Shown here piece after piece: positions 28,859 through 39,742 of a stretch of 64,000 bases of DNA (position 1 is its first letter; every line of letters begins with the position of its first letter). Below the pieces are notes generated by a model. It made no database searches, was not told where the DNA came from, and saw only the letters and a list, made by a program, of their open reading frames with translations. This DNA comes from Verrucomicrobiales bacterium (GTDB taxonomy: Bacteria; Verrucomicrobiota; Verrucomicrobiia; Limisphaerales; UBA1100). The stretch is taken from assembly GCA_038139415.1 (NCBI GenBank), contig JAYOSV010000004.1, positions 6,233 through 70,232 on the forward strand, given 5' to 3'. The position numbers and the translations under genes were made by a program.

Positions 28859-30481
28859 ATGGAAACTGACGCACTAAAACTATGGCAGCGCTACAAGGAG
28901 CGCACCACGTTTCATGATGAGATAGGCCTGAGTCTGGATTTAAGCCGGGTTGATTTTGCTGCTGATTTTTTTGAGCAGAAAACCGAAAGCATCGAGAAAG
29001 CCTTAGCCGCAATGGCCAAACTGGAACAAGGGTCCATTGCTAATCCGGATGAAAAACGAATGGTCGGCCATTACTGGTTGCGGAAACCCGAGCTGGCTCC
29101 GTCTGCAGAGATCAGCCAGCAAATCACTTCGACAATCGAAAATGTGAAGGCCTTTGCTGCAGCCATCCACTCCGGGGAGGTTTCCGGGGCAGATGGTTTA
29201 TTTGAAAATGTCATTGTCATCGGCATTGGGGGGTCTGCCTTAGGGCCGCAATTTGTGGCTCACGCACTGGGAAAACCAAAAGCAGATCGCATGAAAATGT
29301 GGTTTTTTGACAACACTGACCCTGACGGTATCGATAAAGTATTAGATAATATTGGTTCGAATCTGGGTAAAACGCTTTGCATTGTCATCTCGAAATCTGG
29401 TGGTACCAAAGAGACACGCAATGGAATGTTGGAGGCGAAGGTTGCTTATGAGCGCGCTGGGCTAAACTTTGGCGAGCACGCCTGTGCGGTGACTGGGGAG
29501 GGTTCGGCTCTGGGTCAAGTAGCGGATGATGGGGGTTGGTTAAAGCGATTTCCGATGTGGGATTGGGTTGGTGGCCGTACCAGTGAAACTTCGGCGGTGG
29601 GATTGTTGCCGGCTGCGCTGCAAGGATTGAATATTGACCAACTACTCGCTGGGGCGGCTACCTGCGATGAAATAACTCGCCAGGCGGATGCGGGGCAAAA
29701 CCCGGCCGCACGACTAGCATTAGCTTGGGCGCACTGCTGTAACGGTAAAGGTGAGAAAGACATGGTTATTTTGCCTTATAAGGACCGTTTGGAGTTCTTT
29801 TCTCGTTATCTTCAGCAACTCATAATGGAGTCGTTGGGCAAGGATAAAGACTTGGATGGCAAACTTGTTTACCAGGGGATTGCTGTTTATGGAAATAAGG
29901 GATCTACCGATCAGCATGCATATATCCAGCAGCTTCGTGACGGTGTTCCGAACTTTTTCGCCACGTTTATTGAAGTGCTGAAAGAGCGCTCGGGCGAATT
30001 GTTCCACGTGGAACAAGAGGGGGTGACGGCCGGTGATTATTTAAGTGGATTCTTTCAGGGGACTCGGAAAGCGCTTTATGAAAGTGGTCGTGAGTCAATT
30101 ACGATCACGATCGATGAAGTGACGCCATTTTCGGTGGGTGTGCTCATTGCCTTGTACGAAAGGGCCGTGGGTCTTTATGCCTCATTGGTCAATATTAATG
30201 CCTATCATCAACCGGGGGTTGAGGCCGGGAAAAAGGCGGCGGAACGGGTTATTGAACTCGAATTGGCGCTTTTTGAGTGTCTGATGCGACGCGATGGGCA
30301 TCCGATGAAGGTTGATGATCTGGCCATGGAAATGCAGGCAGTGGATGAGATTGAGACGATTTATAAGACGTGTGAGCACCTGTGCGCAAACGGCCGCTTA
30401 GCAAAGATACCTGGTGAGGGGCCGTTCGACATGCTCTATACTTTCCCGGAAGGTTCGGCTGATGAGCTTCCGTTATCCTAA
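28859..30481 (+). CDS. pgi: Glucose-6-phosphate isomerase
   Basis: 540 aa. PGI motifs [26 protein letters not shown] and [11 protein letters not shown]. Confidence 0.92.
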   Translation: METDALKLWQRYKERTTFHDEIGLSLDLSRVDFAADFFEQKTESIEKALAAMAKLEQGSIANPDEKRMVGHYWLRKPELAPSAEISQQITSTIENVKAFAAAIHSGEVSGADGLFENVIVIGIGGSALGPQFVAHALGKPKADRMKMWFFDNTDPDGIDKVLDNIGSNLGKTLCIVISKSGGTKETRNGMLEAKVAYERAGLNFGEHACAVTGEGSALGQVADDGGWLKRFPMWDWVGGRTSETSAVGLLPAALQGLNIDQLLAGAATCDEITRQADAGQNPAARLALAWAHCCNGKGEKDMVILPYKDRLEFFSRYLQQLIMESLGKDKDLDGKLVYQGIAVYGNKGSTDQHAYIQQLRDGVPNFFATFIEVLKERSGELFHVEQEGVTAGDYLSGFFQGTRKALYESGRESITITIDEVTPFSVGVLIALYERAVGLYASLVNINAYHQPGVEAGKKAAERVIELELALFECLMRRDGHPMKVDDLAMEMQAVDEIETIYKTCEHLCANGRLAKIPGEGPFDMLYTFPEGSADELPLS

Positions 30482-32414
30482 AGATTTCGACGTTATTGTT
30501 GTGGGCGCTGGGCACGCTGGTGTCGAGGCGGCATTGGCGGCGGCACGGATGGGTTGTGAGGTGCTCATGCTAACGACCAATGTGGATACCATCGGTCAAA
30601 TGAGCTGTAATCCAGCCATTGGGGGCTTGGCAAAAGGCCATTTGGCCCGGGAAATTGATGCTTTAGGCGGGGAAATGGGCCGATGCACTGATATGACCGG
30701 TTTGCAATTTAGGATGCTAAACACCGGTAAAGGGCCTGCTGTTTGGGCGCCTCGGGCACAGTGTGATAAAAAGGCGTACCAGTTTCGCATGAAATGGATT
30801 TGCGAGCGCGAGCCTAATTTAACCATTCAGCAAGGCCAAGCTGACTCGTTTCTCCACCGAGATCGCGAAGTGTTTGGGGTCCGGACGGTAATGGGGGTTG
30901 AATACCATGCTCAAACGGTCGTGATCACGACGGGAACGTTTTTGCGCGGCCTCATGCATGTCGGTGATGCCAAGCAAAAAGGCGGTCGGTCGGGCGAGGC
31001 GGCGGCGATGGGCTTGTCCGCAGCGCTTCAGGAAGTGGGGTTGGAGCTGGGTCGGCTCAAGACCGGCACCCCACCTCGATTACTCAAGCGGTCGATTGAT
31101 TTCTCACAATTGGAAGAGCAGCCTGGGGATGAGCCCGTGCCGTTTTTTTCCTTTTGGCAGGATGATTTGTTCCACGTGGAACATTCCGGGGCGAATCCGG
31201 ACGATATTGGGCATTCGGAGGGCAAATATCCGCCAGGTTCTATACTGGATCGACTGAACGGCCAATTGAGTTGTTGGATGAGTGAAACTAACGAAAAAAC
31301 GGCAGAGATCATCAGGGACAATATCCATAAATCACCGATGTATTCGGGGGAAATCGAAGGAGTTGGGCCGCGGTATTGCCCTTCAATAGAAGATAAAATC
31401 GTTCGATTCACTGATAAGCCGACCCATCAGATATTTATTGAGCCGGAAGGCATTGCGACGGATGAACTTTATATAAATGGATTTTCCACCTGCCTTCCGT
31501 TTGAGGTGCAATACGAAATCGTCCGGACTATTCGAGGCTGTGAAAACGCTGAAATTCTGCGGCCTGCTTATGCAGTGGAATATGACTACGCCCCGCCCCG
31601 TCAGCTGCATCCATCATTGGAGGCCAAGCCATGCCGCAACCTTTTCTTGGGCGGCCAAATTAATGGCACTTCAGGATACGAAGAAGCTGGAGCTCAAGGT
31701 TTGATGGCTGGCATCAACGCCGCACGTCGGGTTCAAGGCAAGGATCCAGTTGTGTTAAGGCGCGACCAAGCGTACATCGGTGTGCTGATCGATGATCTAA
31801 TTACCAAGGGCACGAGCGAGCCATATCGGATGTTCACTAGCCGAGCTGAATACCGTTTACTCCTTCGGCAGGATAACGCTGATTTAAGACTAACAGACAT
31901 CGGTAACGATATAGAAACCGTAAATTCCCGTAATTATGACAGTTTCTGTGACAAAAAGCAAGCTATAAACGGTGAAATAGAAAGGCTTCGTAGGACATTT
32001 GAGGGCACGGTATCATTGGAGCAATTGTTGAAACGAAACGAAATGAAGTATGAGGAACTGCCTCAAGCTCGACTTGATTTGCCAGTGGCGGTGAAGCAGC
32101 AGGTAGAGATTACTGTAAAATATTCTGGTTATATAGACCGGCAAGAAGGCGAGGTGGCGCGTTTCCGGCAAATGGAGGATAAGCAAATTCCGGATTGGCT
32201 GGAGTATGAAAGTATTTCGGGGCTGAGGAATGAGTCGCGGCAAAAGCTATTGGATTATCGTCCGGCGACGTTGGGCCAGGCCTCGCGCATCTCAGGCATT
32301 TCACCCTCAGATGTTAGCCTCATTATGGTCCACATGAAGCGAGGCCCTGTGAGTGGGGCCGAGGATAATGAGCCTGAAAATGGTCCGCACAACACATGTT
32401 GCGGTGATTTGTAG
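30462..32414 (+). CDS. mnmG: tRNA uridine 5-carboxymethylaminomethyl modification enzyme MnmG (GidA)
   Basis: Start at the internal Met ([31 protein letters not shown]), full-length GidA pattern. Overlaps the pgi 3' end by 20 nt. Confidence 0.95.
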   Translation: MSFRYPKDFDVIVVGAGHAGVEAALAAARMGCEVLMLTTNVDTIGQMSCNPAIGGLAKGHLAREIDALGGEMGRCTDMTGLQFRMLNTGKGPAVWAPRAQCDKKAYQFRMKWICEREPNLTIQQGQADSFLHRDREVFGVRTVMGVEYHAQTVVITTGTFLRGLMHVGDAKQKGGRSGEAAAMGLSAALQEVGLELGRLKTGTPPRLLKRSIDFSQLEEQPGDEPVPFFSFWQDDLFHVEHSGANPDDIGHSEGKYPPGSILDRLNGQLSCWMSETNEKTAEIIRDNIHKSPMYSGEIEGVGPRYCPSIEDKIVRFTDKPTHQIFIEPEGIATDELYINGFSTCLPFEVQYEIVRTIRGCENAEILRPAYAVEYDYAPPRQLHPSLEAKPCRNLFLGGQINGTSGYEEAGAQGLMAGINAARRVQGKDPVVLRRDQAYIGVLIDDLITKGTSEPYRMFTSRAEYRLLLRQDNADLRLTDIGNDIETVNSRNYDSFCDKKQAINGEIERLRRTFEGTVSLEQLLKRNEMKYEELPQARLDLPVAVKQQVEITVKYSGYIDRQEGEVARFRQMEDKQIPDWLEYESISGLRNESRQKLLDYRPATLGQASRISGISPSDVSLIMVHMKRGPVSGAEDNEPENGPHNTCCGDL

Positions 32415-32425
32415 TGACTGTAACG

Positions 32426-33436
32426 TTATCTCTTGTCATTATCCAGCATTGTATTGATTTTTTCTGAGTTTTCTTCTGCTTTCCGACTTAAGATCAATAG
32501 GTTTTGGCTTAGTTTTTGGCTCATTTCTTGGAGTTGTTTTTCCATCTGAATGAGTTCTTGTTTGATGTCTGTATTCTCGGAGGCTTTTCTCTTGATGGCT
32601 TCGGCGAGTTCGGTTTCTTTTCGGGCATCATCCATGCCGGTGAGCATGACGCCGACAAAGAGGTTCAGTACAATCATGGCTCCCGTGAGGATGAAGCTCA
32701 CAAAGAAGACACTGGCGAGTACAGGGTGGGCGGTTGATGTGATCTCATTCCTGGCAATTCCGAGCTGTTCGAGGGCGGCATAGGTGGTGGCGTCATAGCC
32801 ATAATTGGCGCTGCCGTACATGTTGATGTACATCAAATCCGTCCAGTCCTCTAACGTTACTGCTCGGAATAAAGACAGCATTGATGTTTGTAAATTCCTG
32901 AAATGCAAGGGATCGTTATCGCTAAAGAGGAACGTTGCCATGCATCCGTATATGTAAAAGTGGAGTAATCCGAGCAAAAATACGTATCCAATGGATGGGA
33001 TGCTTTTGAGGACGGCATTGACCAAAACTTGGAGTCGTGGGATGGCGGAGACCAGTTTGAGGACGCGCAGGACGCGGGCTAGGCGGAGGACGGCGACAAA
33101 TTGGTTGTTTTGGATCGGCAATAGGCAGATAGCGACGATAGAAAAATCAAAGATGTTCCAAGGATCCCTGAAATAATTCCATGGTTTTTTGCCTTCGGCG
33201 ATTATTTTGATGACCACTTCCAGAACGAATATGCCGAGGATGATGCGGTCCAGCAGGGTTAGGAGATCGTGATGTTCGGCTTCGAAATCCTTGTAGGTTT
33301 GCATTCCTACCACCACGCCGGCGAGCAGGATGATCCCGAGGATGAAGTTCTGGAATGCCGGGGCGGCCGCAATATGTTGGCAGACTTTCACCATAAGCGC
33401 TGAACCGAAAGATACGGAGCAGGGCGTAGGCGGCAA
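32426..33436 (-). CDS. Single-domain voltage-gated cation channel (BacNav/NaChBac family) with TLEDWTD filter and C-terminal coiled coil
   Basis: S4 helix AVLRLARVLRVLKLV (R/K every third residue). Pore FRAVTLEDWTDLMY (filter codons at 32837-32857, checked in the DNA). S6, then a coiled-coil tail. The start may be Met15 (33394). Confidence 0.85.
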   Translation of the reverse strand: MPPTPCSVSFGSALMVKVCQHIAAAPAFQNFILGIILLAGVVVGMQTYKDFEAEHHDLLTLLDRIILGIFVLEVVIKIIAEGKKPWNYFRDPWNIFDFSIVAICLLPIQNNQFVAVLRLARVLRVLKLVSAIPRLQVLVNAVLKSIPSIGYVFLLGLLHFYIYGCMATFLFSDNDPLHFRNLQTSMLSLFRAVTLEDWTDLMYINMYGSANYGYDATTYAALEQLGIARNEITSTAHPVLASVFFVSFILTGAMIVLNLFVGVMLTGMDDARKETELAEAIKRKASENTDIKQELIQMEKQLQEMSQKLSQNLLILSRKAEENSEKINTMLDNDKR

Positions 33437-33457
33437 TGGCGGGTTATTCTCAGCGGG

Positions 33458-34189
33458 TTATGTGTTTACCGTGGTGTAAGGCATGGCTTCTATGAGCTTG
33501 GCCTTTACGTCATCTGAGATGAGATTGCCTTTAAGGTTAAGAAATTTCAGGTGCTTGAAGCCCTTGAGCCATTCGGCAGAGGCATCGGTGAGCCGGTTGT
33601 AATTCAGGGTCAGGCTCTGCAGATTTTTAAACGCAGCCAAATGGATGATGCCATCATCGCGAATGCCGTTTTCGCCCAAATCCAAATTGGTGAGATGCTC
33701 CAGAGGCTTCAGGTACTCCAATCCCACATGGGTGATATTGGTGCTGGAAAGGTTCAGGGATTCGAGCCCGCGCACCTTGGCAATTTCTTTCAGTCCCAAA
33801 TCCCCCACGCGCGTGGCCGAGAGGGACAAGCGTTTTAGGGAATGCAGCTTGGCAATGCAGGCGAGGGAATCATCGCCCAGCTCGGTGATATCGAGGATCA
33901 ATTCCCGCAAGTGCTGGAGACCCACGAGGCTGGGGGCGCCGGCGTTGGTGATTGCGCAGTTGGTGGCATCCAGGCTTTCCAAATGCGTCAATTTGCCGAT
34001 TTCCTTAAAGCCGTCATTGCCCACCTTCACCGTGTACTTGATGAAGAACAGCGTGATCTCGCCGCTGGCATTGGTCTCCACGCGGCGGGCAATGGACTGT
34101 ATCGCCCAGTAGACGTTGCCGTTATGGGCGGTAACAGCTTCGAGCAAGGGATCCGGCGGCTTCTCCGGTTGATCGGATTGAGCGGGCAT
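33458..34189 (-). CDS. Leucine-rich repeat (RI-type LRR) protein
   Basis: Repeated LxxLxLxxTxIxDxGL units (LESLDATNCAITNAG, LKRLSLSATRVGDLGL, LESLNLSSTNITHVGL, and others). Start set at Met15 (MPAQSDQ). Confidence 0.75.
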   Translation of the reverse strand: MPAQSDQPEKPPDPLLEAVTAHNGNVYWAIQSIARRVETNASGEITLFFIKYTVKVGNDGFKEIGKLTHLESLDATNCAITNAGAPSLVGLQHLRELILDITELGDDSLACIAKLHSLKRLSLSATRVGDLGLKEIAKVRGLESLNLSSTNITHVGLEYLKPLEHLTNLDLGENGIRDDGIIHLAAFKNLQSLTLNYNRLTDASAEWLKGFKHLKFLNLKGNLISDDVKAKLIEAMPYTTVNT

Positions 34190-34240
34190 AAAACCTCCGC
34201 CCAACCATAGGCAGCAGCCCCGTGGCTGCACAGGAAAAAG

Positions 34241-34648
34241 CTAGAAACACCCGCCCTCAATTGGCCGGTAAGCGGCCGACGGCGGGCCGGGCCTGAGATA
34301 AGCCTGGACCGTCACGATGGCCTCTGAATCCATCTGCACTTGGATGTTTTCGCGCTGGTACCAGTCCGGATGTCCCTCGAGCCGGTCGAGCTGCCACAGC
34401 GTAGCCGGCGAGATTTCCCAAACCTCGCCATGAACCGCCATCGCCTCATTAGCGGCCTTGGGCTGCCGGTATAGATAAGGAATCTCGTCCACTTCGGGTG
34501 CATAATCATCGGCTCCGAGATAAAAGCCAAACCGCTCCACGGTCGTCGCTTCCCCAATAAATTCCGCTTCGTCCAGCAGGGCGTGATTACAAAAACCCCG
34601 TTTCAAGGTGCCGTAGACAAACACCCGTTCCCGCGGCTCATCGCTCAT
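34241..34648 (-). CDS. Gamma-glutamylcyclotransferase (AIG2/GGCT-like) family protein
   Basis: Start at the internal Met (MSDEPRERVFVYGTLKRGFCNHALL). YGTLKRG motif and LEGHP motif. Confidence 0.8.
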   Translation of the reverse strand: MSDEPRERVFVYGTLKRGFCNHALLDEAEFIGEATTVERFGFYLGADDYAPEVDEIPYLYRQPKAANEAMAVHGEVWEISPATLWQLDRLEGHPDWYQRENIQVQMDSEAIVTVQAYLRPGPPSAAYRPIEGGCF

Positions 34649-34669
34649 GGGGGGAGGGTAAAAGAAAAA

Positions 34670-34754
34670 TGGTGGGAGGAACAGGATTCGAACCTGTGAA
34701 GGCATAGCCAACTGATTTACAGTCAGTCCCGTTTGACCGCTTCGGTATCCTCCC
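34670..34754 (-). tRNA. tRNA-Tyr(GTA): tRNA-Tyr (anticodon GTA), long variable arm, encoded CCA
   Basis: The reverse complement folds as a cloverleaf. Acceptor GGGAGGA/TCCTCCC, anticodon stem ACTGA/TCAGT with loop CTGTAAA, variable arm TGGCTATGCCTTCAC, T-arm ACAGG-TTCGAAT-CCTGT, then A-CCA. Closely parallels E. coli tRNA-Tyr. Confidence 0.95.
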
Positions 34755-34873
34755 ACTCAAGGGGCGGCGAACGTAGACGAATCGTTCGCTTGTGACAACC
34801 TAGAAAATCCGATGCTGACCCGGCGTATCGGCTCGCTTGCCATTGCCGCCGCCTCGGCCTACCTTGGCCGCTC

Positions 34874-36229
34874 ATGTTTGATTCGCTGAGCAGCAAACTT
34901 CAGGGTGCGTTTAAGAACCTGCGCGGGCTGGGCAAGATTTCGGAGGACAATATCTCCGAGGCCCTGCGCGAGGTGCGTATGGCGTTGTTGGAGGCGGACG
35001 TCAACTTCAAGGTGGCTAAGGAATTCCTCGCTCGCGTGAAGGAGAAATCCCTCGGCGATGAGGTGTTGGCCAGCGTTCAGCCGGGCCAGCAGATCGTGAA
35101 GATCATTCACGATGAACTGGTCACGTTGCTTGGCGATACCAACGCCAAGCTCGAGACCGGCGGCAATCCCACCTGCATCATGATGGTCGGCTTGCATGGT
35201 GCGGGTAAAACCACCTCCAGCGGCAAGCTCGCCAAGTTGATTAAGAAACAGGGGCGCCAACCGCTGCTCGTCGCGGCGGATGTGTATCGGCCGGCGGCGA
35301 TGGACCAGCTGGAGACACTCGGCCAACAAGTCGATGTGCCAGTGCTCGCGCTCAAGGGGGAGAAGGATGTGCAGAAGATCGCCCGCGCCGCCATGGAGGA
35401 AGCCCGCGCGCAGGCCTGCAATGTGTTGATCTTTGATACCGCGGGCCGGTTGCAGATTGATGAGGATCTCGTTCAGGAACTGATCGATCTTAAGGGCCTG
35501 ATCAAGCCGCAGGAAATCCTGCTCGTGCTCGATGCCGCCACCGGTCAGGAAGCGGTGAGTGTGGCTACGCACTTCGATGAGGCGCTGGGCATTACCGGTT
35601 CCATTTTAACCAAGCTCGATGGCGACGCCCGCGGCGGCGCGGCGCTCTCGCTCAAGAGCGTGACCGGGCGGCCCATTAAATTTGTTGGTGTGGGCGAGAA
35701 GCTGGACGAGTTTGAGTCGTTCCACCCCGAACGCATGGCCGGCCGCATCCTCGGCATGGGTGACGTGGTCAGCCTCGTGGAAAAAGCCGCCGAAGTCATC
35801 GAGGAGGACGAGGCCGCGCGTATGGAGGAGAAGCTGCGCAAAGGCGAATTTTCACTGGAAGATTTTCTCGAGCAAATGCGCGCTATGAAAAAGCTCGGTC
35901 CTCTTGAAAATATTGTGGGCATGCTCCCCGGCGGGGATGCTGCGCTAAAGGATGCCGATCTCGACAAAGGCCAGGCTGAGCTACGCCGCATGGAGGCCCT
36001 TATCTGCGCCATGACCCCCAAGGAACGGCGGCAGCCCAACATCCTTAATGCCAGCCGCCGCCGCCGCATCGCTAACGGCACTGGAGTAAAAGTCTCCGAA
36101 TTAAATAGTATGCTCAACAAATTCTTCCAGATGCAGCAGATGATGAAGAAGATGGGCAAGATGCAAAAGATGATGGCCAAAATGGGCGGCGGCGACCTTG
36201 GCGGTCTTGGTGGCCTGATGGGCCGCTAG
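34874..36229 (+). CDS. ffh: Signal recognition particle protein Ffh (SRP54)
   Basis: 451 aa. N-domain [19 protein letters not shown]-domain [15 protein letters not shown] and DTAGR, Met-rich M-domain tail. Confidence 0.96.
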   Translation: MFDSLSSKLQGAFKNLRGLGKISEDNISEALREVRMALLEADVNFKVAKEFLARVKEKSLGDEVLASVQPGQQIVKIIHDELVTLLGDTNAKLETGGNPTCIMMVGLHGAGKTTSSGKLAKLIKKQGRQPLLVAADVYRPAAMDQLETLGQQVDVPVLALKGEKDVQKIARAAMEEARAQACNVLIFDTAGRLQIDEDLVQELIDLKGLIKPQEILLVLDAATGQEAVSVATHFDEALGITGSILTKLDGDARGGAALSLKSVTGRPIKFVGVGEKLDEFESFHPERMAGRILGMGDVVSLVEKAAEVIEEDEAARMEEKLRKGEFSLEDFLEQMRAMKKLGPLENIVGMLPGGDAALKDADLDKGQAELRRMEALICAMTPKERRQPNILNASRRRRIANGTGVKVSELNSMLNKFFQMQQMMKKMGKMQKMMAKMGGGDLGGLGGLMGR

Positions 36230-36240
36230 GCCTGAGTGCC

Positions 36241-37092
36241 TTACTCCGGGCGTTGGTAATCGGCAAGGTCGGCGATGAAGGTGCCATGTTTGACTTTGGT
36301 GCGGATGCGTAGGACTGCCCGATGGGAATCGTCACTGAGCCATATCTGCAGCTTGGCGTCGGGATCTTTTTGGAACACGCCGCGCAATTGGCCTAGGTCT
36401 GGCTCCACCAAGATAGTTTTATAATTCTTATCGCCGATCTGGATTTCTTCCGGCCCGACGACCCTCACCTTGGATTGAAACGTCGCCTTGCCGTCGCATA
36501 CGGCACTGGCGAATTCACCCGGGCGGGCGAGGTTCAGTTCGCGAAATTTAAAGATAATGCTGAGCGGGTCAAAGGTGCTCGGTTCGGTATCCACTACGCC
36601 GTCAGGGTTGCCGTTGAGCTGACGACGGCAACGTTGTTGCTGCGGATCAAATTGCAGCACGACATTGCGCGAGGCCAAATCCTTTTGCACTGTGTGATAT
36701 TCAAGCGAGTGGGTGAACTGCGCGTTCACAATCGAGCGGGCATCGTACTGCACCAGCCCGCCGAGCGCGCCGCCTTTGAGAGTGAACTGCCAGGCCGTTG
36801 TGCCGTTGTGATCAATCTGTTGCGCGGCAAATGTTACCTTGCCGGCCGGCATTTTAAGAAAGCCTTTCTCTACGCGTACCTGATAATGCCCCACCTCGCC
36901 AGCGGTAAAATGGCGCGGACGATACACAGCGGTTGTTTCGGGAGCAGAGTCGTTGTCGCCCTTGCCTTCAAACCGCATGCCGGGCCGAGGTTGATGGTAA
37001 GTGCTCTCGGTCTTGCCCAGCCACGCGAGCAGTAGCCAGAGGCTGAACAGACCTGTGAGACTAATGATGCCGATGAGCGCGGCGCGTTTCAT
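36241..37092 (-). CDS. DUF3108 domain-containing secreted protein
   Basis: 283 aa. N-terminal signal/anchor. The beta-rich body ending in LQIWLSDDSHRAVLRIRTKVKHGTFIADL matches my recollection of DUF3108. Confidence 0.65.
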   Translation of the reverse strand: MKRAALIGIISLTGLFSLWLLLAWLGKTESTYHQPRPGMRFEGKGDNDSAPETTAVYRPRHFTAGEVGHYQVRVEKGFLKMPAGKVTFAAQQIDHNGTTAWQFTLKGGALGGLVQYDARSIVNAQFTHSLEYHTVQKDLASRNVVLQFDPQQQRCRRQLNGNPDGVVDTEPSTFDPLSIIFKFRELNLARPGEFASAVCDGKATFQSKVRVVGPEEIQIGDKNYKTILVEPDLGQLRGVFQKDPDAKLQIWLSDDSHRAVLRIRTKVKHGTFIADLADYQRPE

Positions 37093-37096
37093 GGTG

Positions 37097-38449
37097 TCAG
37101 GATGCCGTCAGTCGTCGCCCTTGTAAACGCTGGGCAATGCGCAGTGCTAGCTCGAGGCTTTGTGCGTAGTTTAGCCGGGGGTCGCAGTAGGTCTCGTAAC
37201 TACGCGAGAGATCGGCTACTGACAGTTCCTGCGGGCCGCCCGTGCATTCGGTAACGTCCTCGCCGGTGAGTTCAAAATGCACGCCGCCCAGCCGGCTGCC
37301 GGTCGCTTCGTGCGCGGCAAACGCGCCCTCCAGTTCGGCGAGTACTGCATCATAATCGCGCGTCTTCAAGCCCGTGTCCGTACTCACGGTGTTGCCGTGC
37401 ATGGGATCGCACACCCATGTGACGATGCGTCCGGCGGCTTGCACCGTCTCCACCAAGTGCGGCAACGCCTCGGCTACGTGCTTCGCACCCAGACGCGTGA
37501 TGACCGTGATGCGGCCCGGCCGATTAGCCGGTTCGAGGGTCGTGATCAACTCCACCAAATCTGCTGGGGCCATGCTCGGCCCGGCCTTGATCCCGATGGG
37601 GTTTTCCAGCCCGCGAAAGTACTCCACATGCGCCCCATCCAGCTGGCGGGTTCGGTCGCCAATCCACAAAAAATGCGCGCCAAGATTATACCAACGCTCG
37701 CCCACCGGCTCGGTTAAGGCGGCCTCGTAATCGAGCAGCAGCCCCTCGTGCGAGCAGAACAGCTCCACGGTCTTTAGCGCGGCCGTACCGCGGACGCCGG
37801 TGGATTCTACGAAATCGATGGCGTCGCGAATACGATCCACGATGTCCTCGTAGGCCGCGCGATTGGCGCTGCTGCGCACAAAACCAAGATCCCAATGGTG
37901 CGGATGATGCAGATCGGCGAAGCCGCCATCCACCAGCGCGCGCGCGTAGTTTAGCGTGGCGGCGGAATGATGATAAGCGGAGATTAAACGCTCCGGATCC
38001 GGATCACGCGCATCTTTTTGAATCCCGTTAACAATATCGCCACGATAACTTGGCAATTCATGGCCATCGGCGATTTCCGTATCGCTACTGCGCGGTTTAG
38101 CGTATTGGCCGGCCATGCGGCCCACGCGGATGACCGGAATGCGTGCTCCCCATGTGAGCACCAGCGACATCTGTAAGAGGATCTTGAGCTTCGCCTCGAT
38201 GGCCGCTTTGCGGCAATCCACAAACCGCTCCGCGCAATCGCCGCCCTGCAGGAGAAATGCCTCGCCGCGCGCGGCCTTGGCCAGATGCTCCCGCAACGTG
38301 TCGACTTCCCCGTGATTCACCAACGGCGGAAGCGCGCGCACGGCATCGAGCGCCGTGCCCAATGCCGATGGATTGCCGTATCGCGGCTGTTGCACAATCG
38401 GTTTGTCGCGCCAGGAATCCGGGGTCCAATTGGCGGCCGCGTCATTCAC
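37097..38449 (-). CDS. 3-deoxy-7-phosphoheptulonate (DAHP) synthase, class II
   Basis: Class II signature GEAFLLQGGDCAERF, RMAGQYAKPRS, and conserved C-terminal regions. Start placed at GTG 38449 (MNDAAANWTPDSW), which overlaps the upstream gene's stop. The ATG at 38608 would overlap that gene by 167 nt. Confidence 0.9.
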   Translation of the reverse strand: MNDAAANWTPDSWRDKPIVQQPRYGNPSALGTALDAVRALPPLVNHGEVDTLREHLAKAARGEAFLLQGGDCAERFVDCRKAAIEAKLKILLQMSLVLTWGARIPVIRVGRMAGQYAKPRSSDTEIADGHELPSYRGDIVNGIQKDARDPDPERLISAYHHSAATLNYARALVDGGFADLHHPHHWDLGFVRSSANRAAYEDIVDRIRDAIDFVESTGVRGTAALKTVELFCSHEGLLLDYEAALTEPVGERWYNLGAHFLWIGDRTRQLDGAHVEYFRGLENPIGIKAGPSMAPADLVELITTLEPANRPGRITVITRLGAKHVAEALPHLVETVQAAGRIVTWVCDPMHGNTVSTDTGLKTRDYDAVLAELEGAFAAHEATGSRLGGVHFELTGEDVTECTGGPQELSVADLSRSYETYCDPRLNYAQSLELALRIAQRLQGRRLTAS

Positions 38450-39194
38450 TGGCGGGGACAGAAAATGGATCGAGGGCTTTGGGTTGGGTTTCAGGCTGCG
38501 GCCCGATTGCCGTATGGCGGATGACTTTAGGCAGGCCGACCAGCAGCCAACCCTCGTCTTTAAACTCAACGCATTCGAAGGCAACCCCGGTTTCCAGATC
38601 CTCGCCATCGACTTGAAAGTGAAGGATCACCAAGCCGCCGTTGAGTCCGGCGTCGAGGTGGTTTTTGGAAAGGCGTGAGGTGTCAATTTTACCAAGCTGA
38701 GCCGTATCGGGATTAAGGCCAGCTTCGGTGAGAGTCACGACGAATTGAAGGTATTGCTGCTCCACAAATTGACGGCGCAGGTTGGGCAGCTCGGCATCCT
38801 GAGCCTGCCAGAATTCCTCAGTGTGTGATTGCTTGATTTTGCCGATGAGACTGTGCAGTGTGAAGTAACGGGCTTGTTCTTTTTCGGTGCGATCTCCGCG
38901 AGGTTTCTTTTCGACGGCGGCCAGCTCGGCTTCGTAGGTTTTCAAGGCCTGAGCATTGCGAGCATGGGCGATGATTTTCCAGTTGTGCATGCCGTGCCCA
39001 AGGATAGAGAGCATCATCATTTGCTCGGCATCATTTTGGGCAAGGGTTTTTTGGAAGGCACGCGCCAAGCCATCGGGGTTGAGCTTGGCGGGGGCCATAC
39101 GCAGGCCGGATTTCTTGGGTGAGGGCGGCGGCGATTCTTGTTTTTGAGAACACCCGGCCGATAGGCCGAAAATCAGCAACCAAATCCCACGCAT
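38442..39194 (-). CDS. Hypothetical lipoprotein
   Basis: 250 aa. Lipobox LSAGC at aa 11-15. No family recognised. Confidence 0.55.
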   Translation of the reverse strand: MRGIWLLIFGLSAGCSQKQESPPPSPKKSGLRMAPAKLNPDGLARAFQKTLAQNDAEQMMMLSILGHGMHNWKIIAHARNAQALKTYEAELAAVEKKPRGDRTEKEQARYFTLHSLIGKIKQSHTEEFWQAQDAELPNLRRQFVEQQYLQFVVTLTEAGLNPDTAQLGKIDTSRLSKNHLDAGLNGGLVILHFQVDGEDLETGVAFECVEFKDEGWLLVGLPKVIRHTAIGPQPETQPKALDPFSVPASE

Positions 39195-39247
39195 GGGCCG
39201 AGTGTACGCACGAGTAGTGCTGGCTCAAGGGGGGGTTATCGACAGGT

Positions 39248-39742
39248 TTATTTGCCGAGGGCCTGCTTGAGATCGGTGGTGTAGGTTTGGGCGTTTTTGT
39301 TGCCGAACCCTTCTTCGCGATGCACCACGGCACCGCCGCCATCTAGGACTAGGACGGTGGGGAAGCTCCCTATTTTATACTGTTCTGCCAGCGCGCGGTT
39401 AGCGAGTTCTACTTTTTCGTCGAGAGGCTTGTTTTTTGGGAAGTCAATGACGACCAACTCGAGGTTTTTCTCAGCGAAATCGAGAAACGCTTTTTGCGTG
39501 AGCACTTGGTCATGCAGCGCCATGCAGGGCGGACACCAGTCACTGCCGGTGAAGTCCACGAACACAAGTTTGTTGTTCTTGGCGGCTTCAGCCTTGGCGG
39601 CGGCGAGATTGTTGCCCCAAAGTTCCTTGGCGCGAGGATCGGGCGAGAGTGCTTCGGCGGCGTTCTGGTATGCGTTTTGTTGCGGTCCGCAGGCGATTAG
39701 ACCCAGCATGGCGGTTAGACAGGTGAGTGGCAGTAGTTTCAT
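39248..39742 (-). CDS. Thioredoxin-fold lipoprotein (CPPC active site)
   Basis: 164 aa. Lipobox LIACG and motif VDFTGSDWCPPCMALHDQVL. Confidence 0.8.
   Translation of the reverse strand: MKLLPLTCLTAMLGLIACGPQQNAYQNAAEALSPDPRAKELWGNNLAAAKAEAAKNNKLVFVDFTGSDWCPPCMALHDQVLTQKAFLDFAEKNLELVVIDFPKNKPLDEKVELANRALAEQYKIGSFPTVLVLDGGGAVVHREEGFGNKNAQTYTTDLKQALGK

Noticed and set aside
34241-34756. The ORF-track entry gives a 171-aa protein starting at 34756.
   Set aside because: The first 36 codons read straight through tRNA-Tyr (34670-34754). The real GGCT-like CDS starts at the internal ATG at 34648.
33440-34760. tRNA-Tyr as the attachment site of a genomic island comprising the atypical pgi-mnmG-channel block.
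   Set aside because: No integrase is present and no repeat of the tRNA 3' end was seen. Host-like genes (LRR, GGCT) lie between the tRNA and the atypical block.
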